Source of the DNA: Candidatus Latescibacterota bacterium
GTDB taxonomy: Bacteria; Latescibacterota; UBA2968; GCA-2709665
Length of the DNA: 64,000 bases
NCBI GenBank assembly: GCA_965116875.1
Contig: OZ220733.1
Location: 5,216,001 to 5,280,000, forward strand
Direction: 5' to 3'
Both the position numbers and the translations under genes were made by a program. Under the pieces are notes generated by a model, which ran no database searches, had not been told where the DNA came from, and saw nothing but the letters and a program-made list of their open reading frames with translations. This document shows positions 55,503 through 64,000 of this stretch, piece by piece (positions within the stretch are counted from its first letter, which is position 1; every line of letters starts with the position of its first letter).

Positions 55503-56267
55503 TCAGGTTTTTCTCCCCGCGATCAACAGCTTCTGGGGAAGACCCTGAAGCGGCGCGCCCTCCCATCCCTCAGCCTCATCCCCGATTTCCTCAAACCGGA
55601 TCAGATCGACGCCCTGCTCAATGACGGCCCTGAGGTACTCGGAAACCGTCCAGTGAAATTCGAACTGCTTCACTTCACCAGGCGCTTCATCGAGAACATC
55701 CCTGGATGCAGTGTATTCGTGCGGGCCGTTGTCAAAATAGCTGAAACCGACTTCCAGCGACGATGCCTGACCCTTCCAGATACGTCGGAAGGGATGGTAC
55801 TCGTTGATCAGAAATAACCCCTTCCGGCGCAAGATCCGAATTGCCTCCCGGTAATAGGTTCGCAGGTCGCTGACCCACACCGCCACGTGGCCACCGGTGT
55901 ATACGAGGTCGAAACTTTCGTCTTTCAGACAACCCAGGTCAGAGACGTCGGATTCGACGAACTCGATGGTCAGACCCAATTCGCGGGCGCGTCGTTCCGC
56001 CACCGCAAGCTGTTCGACCGAGATGTCCACGGACGTGACCCTTGCGCCCATTCCGGCAAACGCGAAAACCGCGAGGTTGTCGCCGCTGCCCAGCACGCAG
56101 ACGTGCCTTCCGTCCGCATCGCCAATCAGATCCATCTCTTGCGGCAGGAATACCTGTTCGGGATCCCGGTGAGCAACTCTCCATGTTCCGCGCCGGTCGT
56201 GCATGGCAGCCCAGGCATCGGCCCCAAGGTTCCAGCGTGCGCGATTCGCACGGTGATATTCGTTCAC
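55503..56267 (-). CDS. Class I SAM-dependent methyltransferase
   Basis: VCVLGSG, VDIS, FDLVYT, EYHP; AAGGA RBS. Confidence 0.88.
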   Translation of the reverse strand: MNEYHRANRARWNLGADAWAAMHDRRGTWRVAHRDPEQVFLPQEMDLIGDADGRHVCVLGSGDNLAVFAFAGMGARVTSVDISVEQLAVAERRARELGLTIEFVESDVSDLGCLKDESFDLVYTGGHVAVWVSDLRTYYREAIRILRRKGLFLINEYHPFRRIWKGQASSLEVGFSYFDNGPHEYTASRDVLDEAPGEVKQFEFHWTVSEYLRAVIEQGVDLIRFEEIGDEAEGWEGAPLQGLPQKLLIAGRKT

Positions 56268-56346
56268 ATTGTTCCTTTCTGCAACAATCCAGGACCTTCC
56301 TCTATTTCACTCTGCTGCAACGTCGACCGTCATCGGAGCGTCGCAA

Positions 56347-58428
56347 TCATTGCGCGGTGTCCAGCACCTCCACGTAAGCGTCGTACAAACTCTGTATCTT
56401 CTCCACGTAGTGCACGGGCTGGCCGCCTCGGCAGTAGCCGTAGCGCGCCCGCTCGTAATAGGCCGGTTGTGAAAGCAGGCGCATCGCCTGCTCCACGTTG
56501 CCGAACCAGCGGTTGGAGTCCCATCCCTTTTCGCGCGCCAGGCGGCGGGCATCCAGGAGATGTCCGTAACCGACGTTATAGGACGCCAGCGCGAAGTGAA
56601 TCCGCGACTGAATAGGGATCTCCAGGTCGAATCGCTGGATCAACTGATGCATGTACTTGGTGCCGGCATGGATGCCCTGTTCCGGATCCTCCAGATTTTT
56701 GAAACCGAGTTGAAGCCCCGTTTTCGGCATCACCTGCATCAATCCCCTGGCGCCAACCCAGCTGACGGCGTTGGGATCGAATTTGGACTCCTGGTATATC
56801 TGTGCGGTAATCAGGCGCCAGTCCTGGCTGTATTGCTTCGCGTACTTTTTCGCAAGATCGTCATACGGCGACAACTGTCCGCTTATGCCGACCCGCGTTG
56901 AATCCTTTGCTCTTGCGATCCGTCGAGGGTTCTCGAAATACCGTTTCTTCATCATGTTGAAGTAGAGGCCGCCTTTTTCCCGCCGGATGTACTCATTGAG
57001 CGATCCCAGCAGGGCCGGATTGTCCTTGCGCACCGCCCAGCCAAGCGTCGTGGATTTGATGCTGAAGGCGGCCTTGAGTCTCACGCCGTACGTGCGTTCC
57101 ACGTCGAACAGGTTGGAGTCGACAAGAGTCAGGTCATAAAGGCCGGACTCGACCCCCGCCATTATTTCTTCGGTCTCGACGTCGTCGGGAAGTTTGACAA
57201 TCCGGACGTCTTTCACGGAATCCTGCAGCGCCTTCAATGTCGTGTAGAATGAAGAACTCCCACGCACGTAGAACGTCCGACCCGCCAGGTCCCGGATTGT
57301 CTCAATCGAATCGTCATCCTCACGTACAACGACGACTTCGTCCACCTCGTTATAAGCCCGCGTATAGTCCGCCTCCGCCTGCCGTTCCGGCGTTATGGTC
57401 ATCGCCGCGGCCACCACGTCTCCCTTCCCGTCGTTCAGATAGGACAGCAGTTCGGCATGGGATTTCGGGATAACGATCTCCAGGCGCAGGCCGTGTTCCG
57501 TTGCGAACTTCTTCATCAGTTCGTACTCGAATCCCACCTGCAGGCCCCGGTGTATGAAATAGGTCATCGCGTTGTTGCGCGTGATCATACGAAGCCGGCC
57601 ACGCTCGATCAGCCCCGGGAGATCGTCCGTGAACTCCTGCTGCCGCTCTCGAGAAAAGTGCCAGGCCTGAAGAAACTCATCCACCCTGGTCTTGAGCACG
57701 GTGTCTTCCGGCCGCATCATCACCGCGATCGGGCGGCCCTTCGCCAGCACGAGCGGCGTAGTGAGGCTGTCATAATAGCTCGAAAGCGCGTGCCACAGAT
57801 GCGAATCGGCCAACGTGGCTTCGTATTCCCCGCTGGCGACGCCATCCAGCAGTGCTTCGATGTTCCGGGTCTCCGGCGCAGTCCGGATTCGCAGGGACGG
57901 CACCTGCCGCTGGAGGTTGACAAGCGTCTGATAGTACGAGCTCGAACGCCGCACGCTGATTTCCATGCCCGCAAGGTCATCGACCGTCTGTGGAAGTTTG
58001 TCGCCCGTTTTGGTGACCAGATATTCGTCGACGTACATATAGGGGACCGAAAACGCGGCTTGCTTCTGGCGTTCGGGCGTTATGGTCAGGCTGGCCACAA
58101 CCAGGTCGCCCTCACCCTCGAGCAACTTCCCCATGATTGAGGAGAAATCTCCCACCTTGACAAGAACCGGCTGCAATTCCAGCGCCTCCGCAAGCTCCCG
58201 CGCGATATCGTAAGCGATCGTGACGTGCTGACCATGCCGCGGCAGATAGGCGATTGGTTCGAGCGGGACGATCGCCCTGAGTTTTGCACGCGAACTCAAT
58301 TCGGCAAGATCGCCGGTGTATTTCGGCGCAGAAGCCGACGAAGAGGAATTATCGGGTTCGCTGCATTGAAGAAGGACGCACACGGCGGCCAGCGCGATGG
58401 GAAGGCTCACGCGGATTCGCCTCAACAT
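56347..58428 (-). CDS. MltF-like lytic transglycosylase with two solute-binding (SBP_bac_3) domains
   Basis: Duplicated G.GD....(L/M)TITPERQ and R.SSS(Y/F)Y motifs, then an SLT domain (YQESKF, GLMQVMP, ASYNVG); GAGGAG RBS. Confidence 0.85.
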   Translation of the reverse strand: MLRRIRVSLPIALAAVCVLLQCSEPDNSSSSASAPKYTGDLAELSSRAKLRAIVPLEPIAYLPRHGQHVTIAYDIARELAEALELQPVLVKVGDFSSIMGKLLEGEGDLVVASLTITPERQKQAAFSVPYMYVDEYLVTKTGDKLPQTVDDLAGMEISVRRSSSYYQTLVNLQRQVPSLRIRTAPETRNIEALLDGVASGEYEATLADSHLWHALSSYYDSLTTPLVLAKGRPIAVMMRPEDTVLKTRVDEFLQAWHFSRERQQEFTDDLPGLIERGRLRMITRNNAMTYFIHRGLQVGFEYELMKKFATEHGLRLEIVIPKSHAELLSYLNDGKGDVVAAAMTITPERQAEADYTRAYNEVDEVVVVREDDDSIETIRDLAGRTFYVRGSSSFYTTLKALQDSVKDVRIVKLPDDVETEEIMAGVESGLYDLTLVDSNLFDVERTYGVRLKAAFSIKSTTLGWAVRKDNPALLGSLNEYIRREKGGLYFNMMKKRYFENPRRIARAKDSTRVGISGQLSPYDDLAKKYAKQYSQDWRLITAQIYQESKFDPNAVSWVGARGLMQVMPKTGLQLGFKNLEDPEQGIHAGTKYMHQLIQRFDLEIPIQSRIHFALASYNVGYGHLLDARRLAREKGWDSNRWFGNVEQAMRLLSQPAYYERARYGYCRGGQPVHYVEKIQSLYDAYVEVLDTAQ

Positions 58429-58728
58429 AGGAATCTCCTCGTGCCGGTTTTTCGATACGTCGTGGACTTGATCTTTAACGTCCCGGGAATCCCGGAAGTT
58501 TCCATTTGCGTGACCGAATCCCAACACCTGTTTGTTCCTCTGTGGAAACGCAACCGAACGGTGCCCTGCAGGGAACGGTTGCATTTTGCGACGCTCTACT
58601 CAGAATCCGCATTCAGGGTCCCGCAATAAAACTTGTAGTATCCGTGCTGCCTGAGTCCCACGTCCTCGTAGAACGCACCCGCCGGCGTGGACTCGTTGGC
58701 ATGTGGGAGCGGTCTTTCGAAACGTGGT

Positions 58729-58922
58729 CATTGAGCATGCCTGCATTGAGCTCGATCCCTGAGCCTGTCGAAGGGTGTCGAAATGTCGAAATGCCCGTAT
58801 TACGTAATCTGTTGGCCGCCTTTAGGTGCCCCTCGCCGACCCTTCGACAGGCTCAGGGAGCGGCTCGGATGGCAGACGCCGCTTCCTTAGTGTTGCCCTA
58901 AGCCTGTCGAAAGGTCGAAGGG
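58729..58922. repeat. Cluster of CCCTGAGCCTGTCGAAGGG-type REP-like repeats, nested and inverted
   Basis: Perfect 21-bp inverted pair 58756-76 / 58839-59; third copy 58896-58922; CATTGAGC...GTCGAAAT shells around the first copy. Confidence 0.85.
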
Positions 58923-58970
58923 ATGCCTGCCGGGGGACTCACGGTCGTATGTCAAACACAACACCAGCCG

Positions 58971-59783
58971 TCAATCGGCCGGCTTCTGCCCGATGTAGAG
59001 GATGTGGCTGGACGAAGCCACGATGCTCTGCTCCGAACTGATCTCGAACAGCAGATTCTCCCAGAGTTCCCGCTGCTTACCCTTGAGGTCATTGTAATTT
59101 TCATCGTGCGAAGAGATCGCCGGCTCCAGCCCTGCAATCTCCAGCGTAACGAATCCCGCACGCTCATGGATGGGGGCAACTTCCTCATAGCGAACGAAAT
59201 ACCCGCGGAAGCCGCCGCGCGGCGCATCAATTGGCCGATGGCCGTTGCCGATCAAGGACCGGACCTCATCATTATTCTCAATCCACGCCGGGTTTTTCCT
59301 GATCAGGTCTCCAATCACACCGAACCTGGAGAGCATCGTTGAAAGGACCACGCCACCGGGCTTCAGGCGCTCGAAAGCGGATCTCAGTGCCATGGTCCGA
59401 TCAGCCTCATCCACCAGATGGTACAGTGGGCCCATCAGGAGGACGGCGTCGAACTGTCCGCACGGAACCCCGTCCAGGGTGCGTGCATCGCCGGTCCGGA
59501 AATCGGTCTGTTCTGCAAGCCGGAGCGACTCGGCCCTCGCCTTGCATCGAACAACGAACGCTTCGGCGAGATCCACTGACGTAATCCGGTATCCCCGCCT
59601 TGCGAGGGTAAACGTATAAAAGCCGGTACCGAATCCGACTTCAAGAAGCCTGCCGCGAGGCGGGAGGTACAGATCCAGATATCGCCACGTCAGATCGGCT
59701 TCCAACCGGTGGCGCGAGAGCCGGTCGTCCTCGGCGTCCCATCCTGCGTTGTAGTACTCGCGTATGTCGCTCACGTCATCCAT
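58971..59783 (-). CDS. Class I SAM-dependent methyltransferase
   Basis: LLEVGFGTG, GDAR, FDAVLLMGPLYHL, LKPGG. Confidence 0.9.
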   Translation of the reverse strand: MDDVSDIREYYNAGWDAEDDRLSRHRLEADLTWRYLDLYLPPRGRLLEVGFGTGFYTFTLARRGYRITSVDLAEAFVVRCKARAESLRLAEQTDFRTGDARTLDGVPCGQFDAVLLMGPLYHLVDEADRTMALRSAFERLKPGGVVLSTMLSRFGVIGDLIRKNPAWIENNDEVRSLIGNGHRPIDAPRGGFRGYFVRYEEVAPIHERAGFVTLEIAGLEPAISSHDENYNDLKGKQRELWENLLFEISSEQSIVASSSHILYIGQKPAD

Positions 59784-59854
59784 GGATAGCCTGGTCGGGT
59801 GTAAACCTGAATTCGAAAGAAGACAACCGTTAATTTACCACAAAAAGCCTGAAT

Positions 59855-59978
59855 GCGGGGAGACGGTAGAGGGAAGACGGGAGAAGAAGCCCTTGCCCGA
59901 TACTCTATTCCATCTTGCCTCCGGCGGGAGAAGAAACTCCACAGGGCAGGAAATCTCTCCCCTCTACCGTCTACCCGC
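59855..59978. repeat. Small element bounded by 23-bp imperfect inverted repeats
   Basis: gcggggagacggtagagggaaga (59855-77) pairs with tctcccctctaccgtctacccgc (59956-78), 2 mismatches. Confidence 0.7.
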
Positions 59979-60233
59979 TTCTGAGGTGCCGGGGGTAGAG
60001 GTCCCGTTCACATCCAGTGAACGGGACCTTTGACGTCAATTCGCCTTTGTTTTTCTGTATTTATTCGACATTCAGATCCCCGAAAAATTCGAATCAAGGT
60101 TATTTCCTGAAGCTTCCTGGTCGTACCGAAAATTGCCGATTTGCCGTACCGAATCTAGCACCTTCGGGCGGCCACGTGGTGCCACAATGTGGCAATTTGC
60201 GGCACGGGGTCATCTGATCTTTTCCAATCAATG

Positions 60234-60875
60234 CTAACCGTACATGGAGAGGTCGTCCCAGTCCTCCCGCATCCGAGGTCGTGCCAGCGTTTTGTCGGGG
60301 CGCCAGTTCTCCCACCCCTCCGTATACACCCCGCCGGGACCCTCTATTTCGTCAACGGCGCGTCTTCCTTCGTTCAACGCAGCCCTGCCCGCTCCCGGCG
60401 TCATCCGACCCTGGCTGACCGCGAGATCGAGTTCATCCCGGTCCTTCCACACCCAGCTTCGTTCCGGATCCACAATGATGTCCAATTGGTGATCTCTGAA
60501 GTCAAAGCCGAGCCGTGTGCGAGTCAACCTGCTCTGAAGATTGACGTACCAGCCCTGAAATACGCCATCGACAGACCACCGCACCCACGTTGCGCGGAAT
60601 TCGCCCGGACGGACGATGATCAGAAGCTCCGCCCACTGCCAGACCGAATCCACAAGCGTCCAGGGCCGGTTCACCCAGTCGCGCGGTTTGTCGGGAGCGT
60701 CTACCGAAAACTCGGGCTTCTTCGTCGGCGTCCCCAACGGAAGCCATAGCACAATCCTGGCGTTGGAATCCTCGACGACGGTGACGGGCTTCACGTCGAT
60801 GATCCGGCCGTTCTCGTCACGCTCCCGATAAAGGATCGCATCCCCCCATCGGAATCTGGATCCTACCAGCTCCAT
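60234..60875 (-). CDS. DUF402 (FomD-like) domain protein
   Basis: GWYVNL, DHQLDIIV, WKDRDEL; GGAGG RBS before ATG 60875. Confidence 0.85.
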   Translation of the reverse strand: MELVGSRFRWGDAILYRERDENGRIIDVKPVTVVEDSNARIVLWLPLGTPTKKPEFSVDAPDKPRDWVNRPWTLVDSVWQWAELLIIVRPGEFRATWVRWSVDGVFQGWYVNLQSRLTRTRLGFDFRDHQLDIIVDPERSWVWKDRDELDLAVSQGRMTPGAGRAALNEGRRAVDEIEGPGGVYTEGWENWRPDKTLARPRMREDWDDLSMYG

Positions 60876-60919
60876 TGATCGGAAACCTCCTGAGTAGAAA
60901 GACACGAGAGTGTGACGCG

Positions 60920-61390
60920 TCAATCGGAATATGCCGCGGCGCCGTTGGCAAGGTCACCCGATTCCAGATTTCCGTTATCGACGAACCATTGCGTGTTGGC
61001 GTACAGCGCCATGACCGACTTGTGGCTGAGAAAACCCTCTCGCCGGTAAAAGTCCTGCTGTCCATGGACGCACGCAAGGATCACTTTGGGAACGGCCAGT
61101 TTGCGGAGGATCGATCTCAAGATCGCCCTGCCGACACCCTGCCGTTGATGTTCCGGCGCAACCACGAGTTCGCAGACGGTCGCAGGCGCCTCGTCGTCCG
61201 AAATCGTCCGTCCACCCCCTACCAGCGCTTCTCCGCTGAAGGCGAAACAGCAGACGTCACTATTTGCGTACGCGTGACGAAGTTTACCGGGATCCAGCTT
61301 GCCAAGTGGAGCCCGCGTGTAGACTTCCGCCAGGTCCTTCCAATTGACGCCTCTTGCATCCTCCTGATAGACAATCTCATACGTCGACAT
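60920..61390 (-). CDS. GNAT acetyltransferase
   Basis: VVAPEHQRQGVGR, FYRREGF. Confidence 0.88.
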   Translation of the reverse strand: MSTYEIVYQEDARGVNWKDLAEVYTRAPLGKLDPGKLRHAYANSDVCCFAFSGEALVGGGRTISDDEAPATVCELVVAPEHQRQGVGRAILRSILRKLAVPKVILACVHGQQDFYRREGFLSHKSVMALYANTQWFVDNGNLESGDLANGAAAYSD

Positions 61391-61508
61391 GTTCCCCCCA
61401 GATGGTTGTGGCGTTTCTCAGTTGAAACGTATGGATTTTTCGTCTGTCGGAACCCTGTTCTCAAACCCCGGTCCAATGGACCATTGGGCTGTGCCGCTGC
61501 AATGCGTG

Positions 61509-62063
61509 TCAGGCGCAGCCACTTACATCGAGGTCAGCACCGCAACGGGTTTCACGCTTCAAAACATCCAGGAACCGTGTAACCTCGGCTCGCGACCGCA
61601 AAATCACAACGTCCTTGTCATTCCTGACCCGTTCCAGGTCATCGAGTATCCCCGGCAGATGCGTCCTGTTGTAGTTCCAGACCCATTCCAGGAATTCCCG
61701 GTCGGGCAACTGCTCCCGGCAGCCGGGATTCAAATCCGGTCTGCTGCGTCCCAGATGAGTGAACGATCTTTTCACGATGCGATACAGACAGGTGAATCGA
61801 GACAGCGCAAGGAGGACCACCGTGTCGCTTGCATCAATCCGCTCTCTCATCGTACTGCCGTAGTTTCCATCCAGTATCCACGTCTCGCGCTCGAGGAGTT
61901 CCCCGTGTTCGCACCGCCAGACGTCCCGGGGCGGCTTTTCCCAGTTCGGCCTCCAATGAACGGCGTCGAGGTGTACGACCGGCAGATCCAGCAGGGTTCC
62001 GAGCTTGACCGCCAGCGTCGACTTTCCCGATCCCCCGCAACCGATGATGCAGACCCTTCGCAT
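61509..62063 (-). CDS. Adenylate kinase-like P-loop protein (FlaR/topology modulation family)
   Basis: IIGCGGSGKSTLA, HLD..HW, WILDGNY, GCRE; start may lie upstream (62103 or 62117). Confidence 0.85.
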   Translation of the reverse strand: MRRVCIIGCGGSGKSTLAVKLGTLLDLPVVHLDAVHWRPNWEKPPRDVWRCEHGELLERETWILDGNYGSTMRERIDASDTVVLLALSRFTCLYRIVKRSFTHLGRSRPDLNPGCREQLPDREFLEWVWNYNRTHLPGILDDLERVRNDKDVVILRSRAEVTRFLDVLKRETRCGADLDVSGCA

Positions 62064-62371
62064 ATCCGATTTGGCGCTTTCCGTTGTGATTTCCGACCCC
62101 ATGTTTTCCTGGTCCATCTCCCGCCGGATACGGGATTCCCTCCTCCAGATCCTGGAATCCGGCTCGTTTCAGCGACGTGGATGTCTTCGACCTGTTCGAA
62201 GTCGAAGCATTTGCATACACTCTCTGTCTGACAATTCACTCAATTGGGTCCCCCTTTCAGCTCTCATTCCCGCACCTGGAATGAGTGACATATATGGTTG
62301 TTAAACAATACTCTCGGGGGAGAAGGTCAGATATCGTGACTTGCTTGTTCTGTTTCAATTGCGCGGATTCT

Positions 62372-63160
62372 TCACGCCAGGCCCGTACGACGTGTTATTC
62401 GTTGTTCGATTTCGTCAACTGACTCGCCGATCACCTCCTGGATGTGGCGGTCGAGATGATCGTCGTCAAAATGCGATCTCAGGAATATCTGCCTCAAGTT
62501 CTGCATTCCGTAGTTGTCCAACAGGAAAGCGACAAGTTCCGCGCCAACGCTATACATCGGATTGCCGGCCGCCCGCGTCGACCAGAAGGAATCGTTCCGG
62601 CAGAGTCTTCGCAAAAAACCGGGTGCCGTCGCAGCGGCATACTTCTGCCAGGACGATTTAATTCTCGCTCTACCCACCGCCGCATCGGTGGACAGGACGC
62701 ATTCAAAATAGGTTGCGATACCTTCATTCAGCAGCGAAGGCGCCTCCCCGACATTGACCGACCACACATAGTGGATCATTTCGTGGGTCACGTGATCGAG
62801 AACCTGCGGATCATTCCACGCCATGTTCAAAGTGACCAGATGCACCCCAACAGAACTGGCGGTACCGTAGAACATATGCGGCGTATCCTTCTTCACGAGT
62901 CCGGACGTTTTGAGTACTTCGGGCGAGTAGATCCAGACGTTGACCCGTGCCCTGCGTTCTCTTTCCTTGATGGATTCTGCTGCCGCGTTCAATGCTGATC
63001 GTATTCGACCATAGAGATGATCGGAGTGTCCAATGAGCCATTTCAAATCTTCAGTATTCGGGTCCGGCAGTGCAGCGTCGATCAAAAACACGGATTCTTC
63101 GGTCTCCTCGACCCGCCAACGGTACGCATTACGGTAGGCGCGCAAGTCGATTTTTTCCAT
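62372..63160 (-). CDS. Gluzincin-like metallopeptidase (peptidase MA-like)
   Basis: THEMIH followed by NEGIATY. Confidence 0.7.
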   Translation of the reverse strand: MEKIDLRAYRNAYRWRVEETEESVFLIDAALPDPNTEDLKWLIGHSDHLYGRIRSALNAAAESIKERERRARVNVWIYSPEVLKTSGLVKKDTPHMFYGTASSVGVHLVTLNMAWNDPQVLDHVTHEMIHYVWSVNVGEAPSLLNEGIATYFECVLSTDAAVGRARIKSSWQKYAAATAPGFLRRLCRNDSFWSTRAAGNPMYSVGAELVAFLLDNYGMQNLRQIFLRSHFDDDHLDRHIQEVIGESVDEIEQRITRRTGLA

Positions 63161-63245
63161 ATCGCTTCCTCTCAGGTATTGTGCACCTGCAAATGTCGCG
63201 CTGGCAGAAGGCCGCACCTAGCATTAATCGATCAGACGCCGCCCG

Positions 63246-64000
63246 TCACTTCCAGTCCAGTTCCGCAACGACCGGATAGTGGTCGCTGGGGTAAAGCGGA
63301 CCCCGGTGGCTTCGGACGATCTCGGACTTCTCCACGTCGACCTGCGGTCCCTCGCCTCGAAACAGGACCCAGTCCAGACGCCAGGACAGGTGATGGAGGC
63401 GCAGGTCGTACGCTGTTCCCTCATAACCGTGATAGGTATTCGACGCCATTCCGTCGCGAAGGCCGGCGCACAGGAACGCATCCTCGAAGCCCTCAGCGAG
63501 CAGGATTCGGTGTACCGCGTCCGTGATGGTGCCACCGGCTGCCGTCGCATCCTCCACCTCCGGGGTCCACGGATTGCAGTTGAAGTCGCCGGTCAGGAGT
63601 TGAAGTTCTCCGTCACTCGCGGCATTGGACATCCACCGGTCCAACAGAGATGCGCCTCCGATCCTGGCCGGTTCGCTGATGTGATCCAGGTGGACATTGA
63701 CGTGAAGAAAATCGGTGCCCTTCGCGAGGTCGTGAAAACGGACCCACGTCGCGGTCCGGACGCAGGCTGACTCCCAGGACCTCGAGTACTTCTCCGGCGT
63801 ATCGCTGATCCAGAATCCGCCCCTTGAGCGTGGCTGAAGCCGCTCTCGCCGCCAGTAGACAGGGTTGAATAGATGCGGCGGATCGTTCGCGTGCGGGCCC
63901 TGGAAGCTGTCGTACGCCACAAGGACCTCGCCAAACGTGGCGAAATTCGGCCACTGCGTTTCCTGGAAGCCGATGAGGTCCGGGGACGTATCATCGACCA
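63246..64000 (-). CDS. Endonuclease/exonuclease/phosphatase-family protein, 5' end outside the window
   Basis: PDLIGFQE near the window end, NVHLDH, TGDFN, LDWV, PSDHYPV. Confidence 0.88.
   Translation of the reverse strand, partial: VDDTSPDLIGFQETQWPNFATFGEVLVAYDSFQGPHANDPPHLFNPVYWRRERLQPRSRGGFWISDTPEKYSRSWESACVRTATWVRFHDLAKGTDFLHVNVHLDHISEPARIGGASLLDRWMSNAASDGELQLLTGDFNCNPWTPEVEDATAAGGTITDAVHRILLAEGFEDAFLCAGLRDGMASNTYHGYEGTAYDLRLHHLSWRLDWVLFRGEGPQVDVEKSEIVRSHRGPLYPSDHYPVVAELDWK

Noticed and set aside
58729-58922. Possible CRISPR array
   Set aside because: Copies are inverted or nested with irregular spacing, and no cas genes are present.
60180-60194. Palindrome TGCCACA-A-TGTGGCA (and TTGACGTCAA near 60030)
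   Set aside because: Short, single occurrences with no linked regulator; may be chance.

Overview
GC-rich bacterial window; the outer-membrane barrels and MltF suggest a diderm. It has four parts. (1) 1-16.8 kb: a minus-strand metabolic cluster that appears to encode the N-methylglutamate route for methylamine use (mgsABC-like, soxBDAG/mgdABCD-like, gmaS-like). It carries a second GATase+GXGXG (mgsAB-like) pair and is followed by Gfo/Idh/MocA, enolase-superfamily, PhyH, DegT and D-glutamate-cyclase-family genes. (2) 16.9-27.5 kb: anaerobic sulfatase maturase, PhyH, GT4, rhamnulokinase, an EndoQ(PHP)-UvrD fusion and three tandem paralogues of an unrecognised membrane-anchored double-zinc-ribbon protein. 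(3) ~27.7-47.7 kb: a plus-strand defence island built on a SNF2-DUF3883 / DUF1156 methylase / DUF499 ATPase (restriction-like, BREX-related) backbone. Two visibly AT-richer cassettes are nested inside it: [SPPY methyltransferase + kinase-P-loop ATPase fusion + tandem Rossmann/CARF-like protein] and [ABC-type ATPase + PIN]. A toxin-antitoxin array with recombination scars follows. (4) 47.7-64 kb: OM barrels, GH172, sulfatase, sulfite oxidase, MltF-like protein, methyltransferases and several small REP-like repeats. The best candidate for an undescribed system is the nested, tightly coupled methyltransferase/kinase-ATPase/CARF-like cassette at 31332-36068. No rRNA, tRNA, CRISPR array, integrase or transposase was recognised. 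All calls come from motif recognition by eye; no searches were run.
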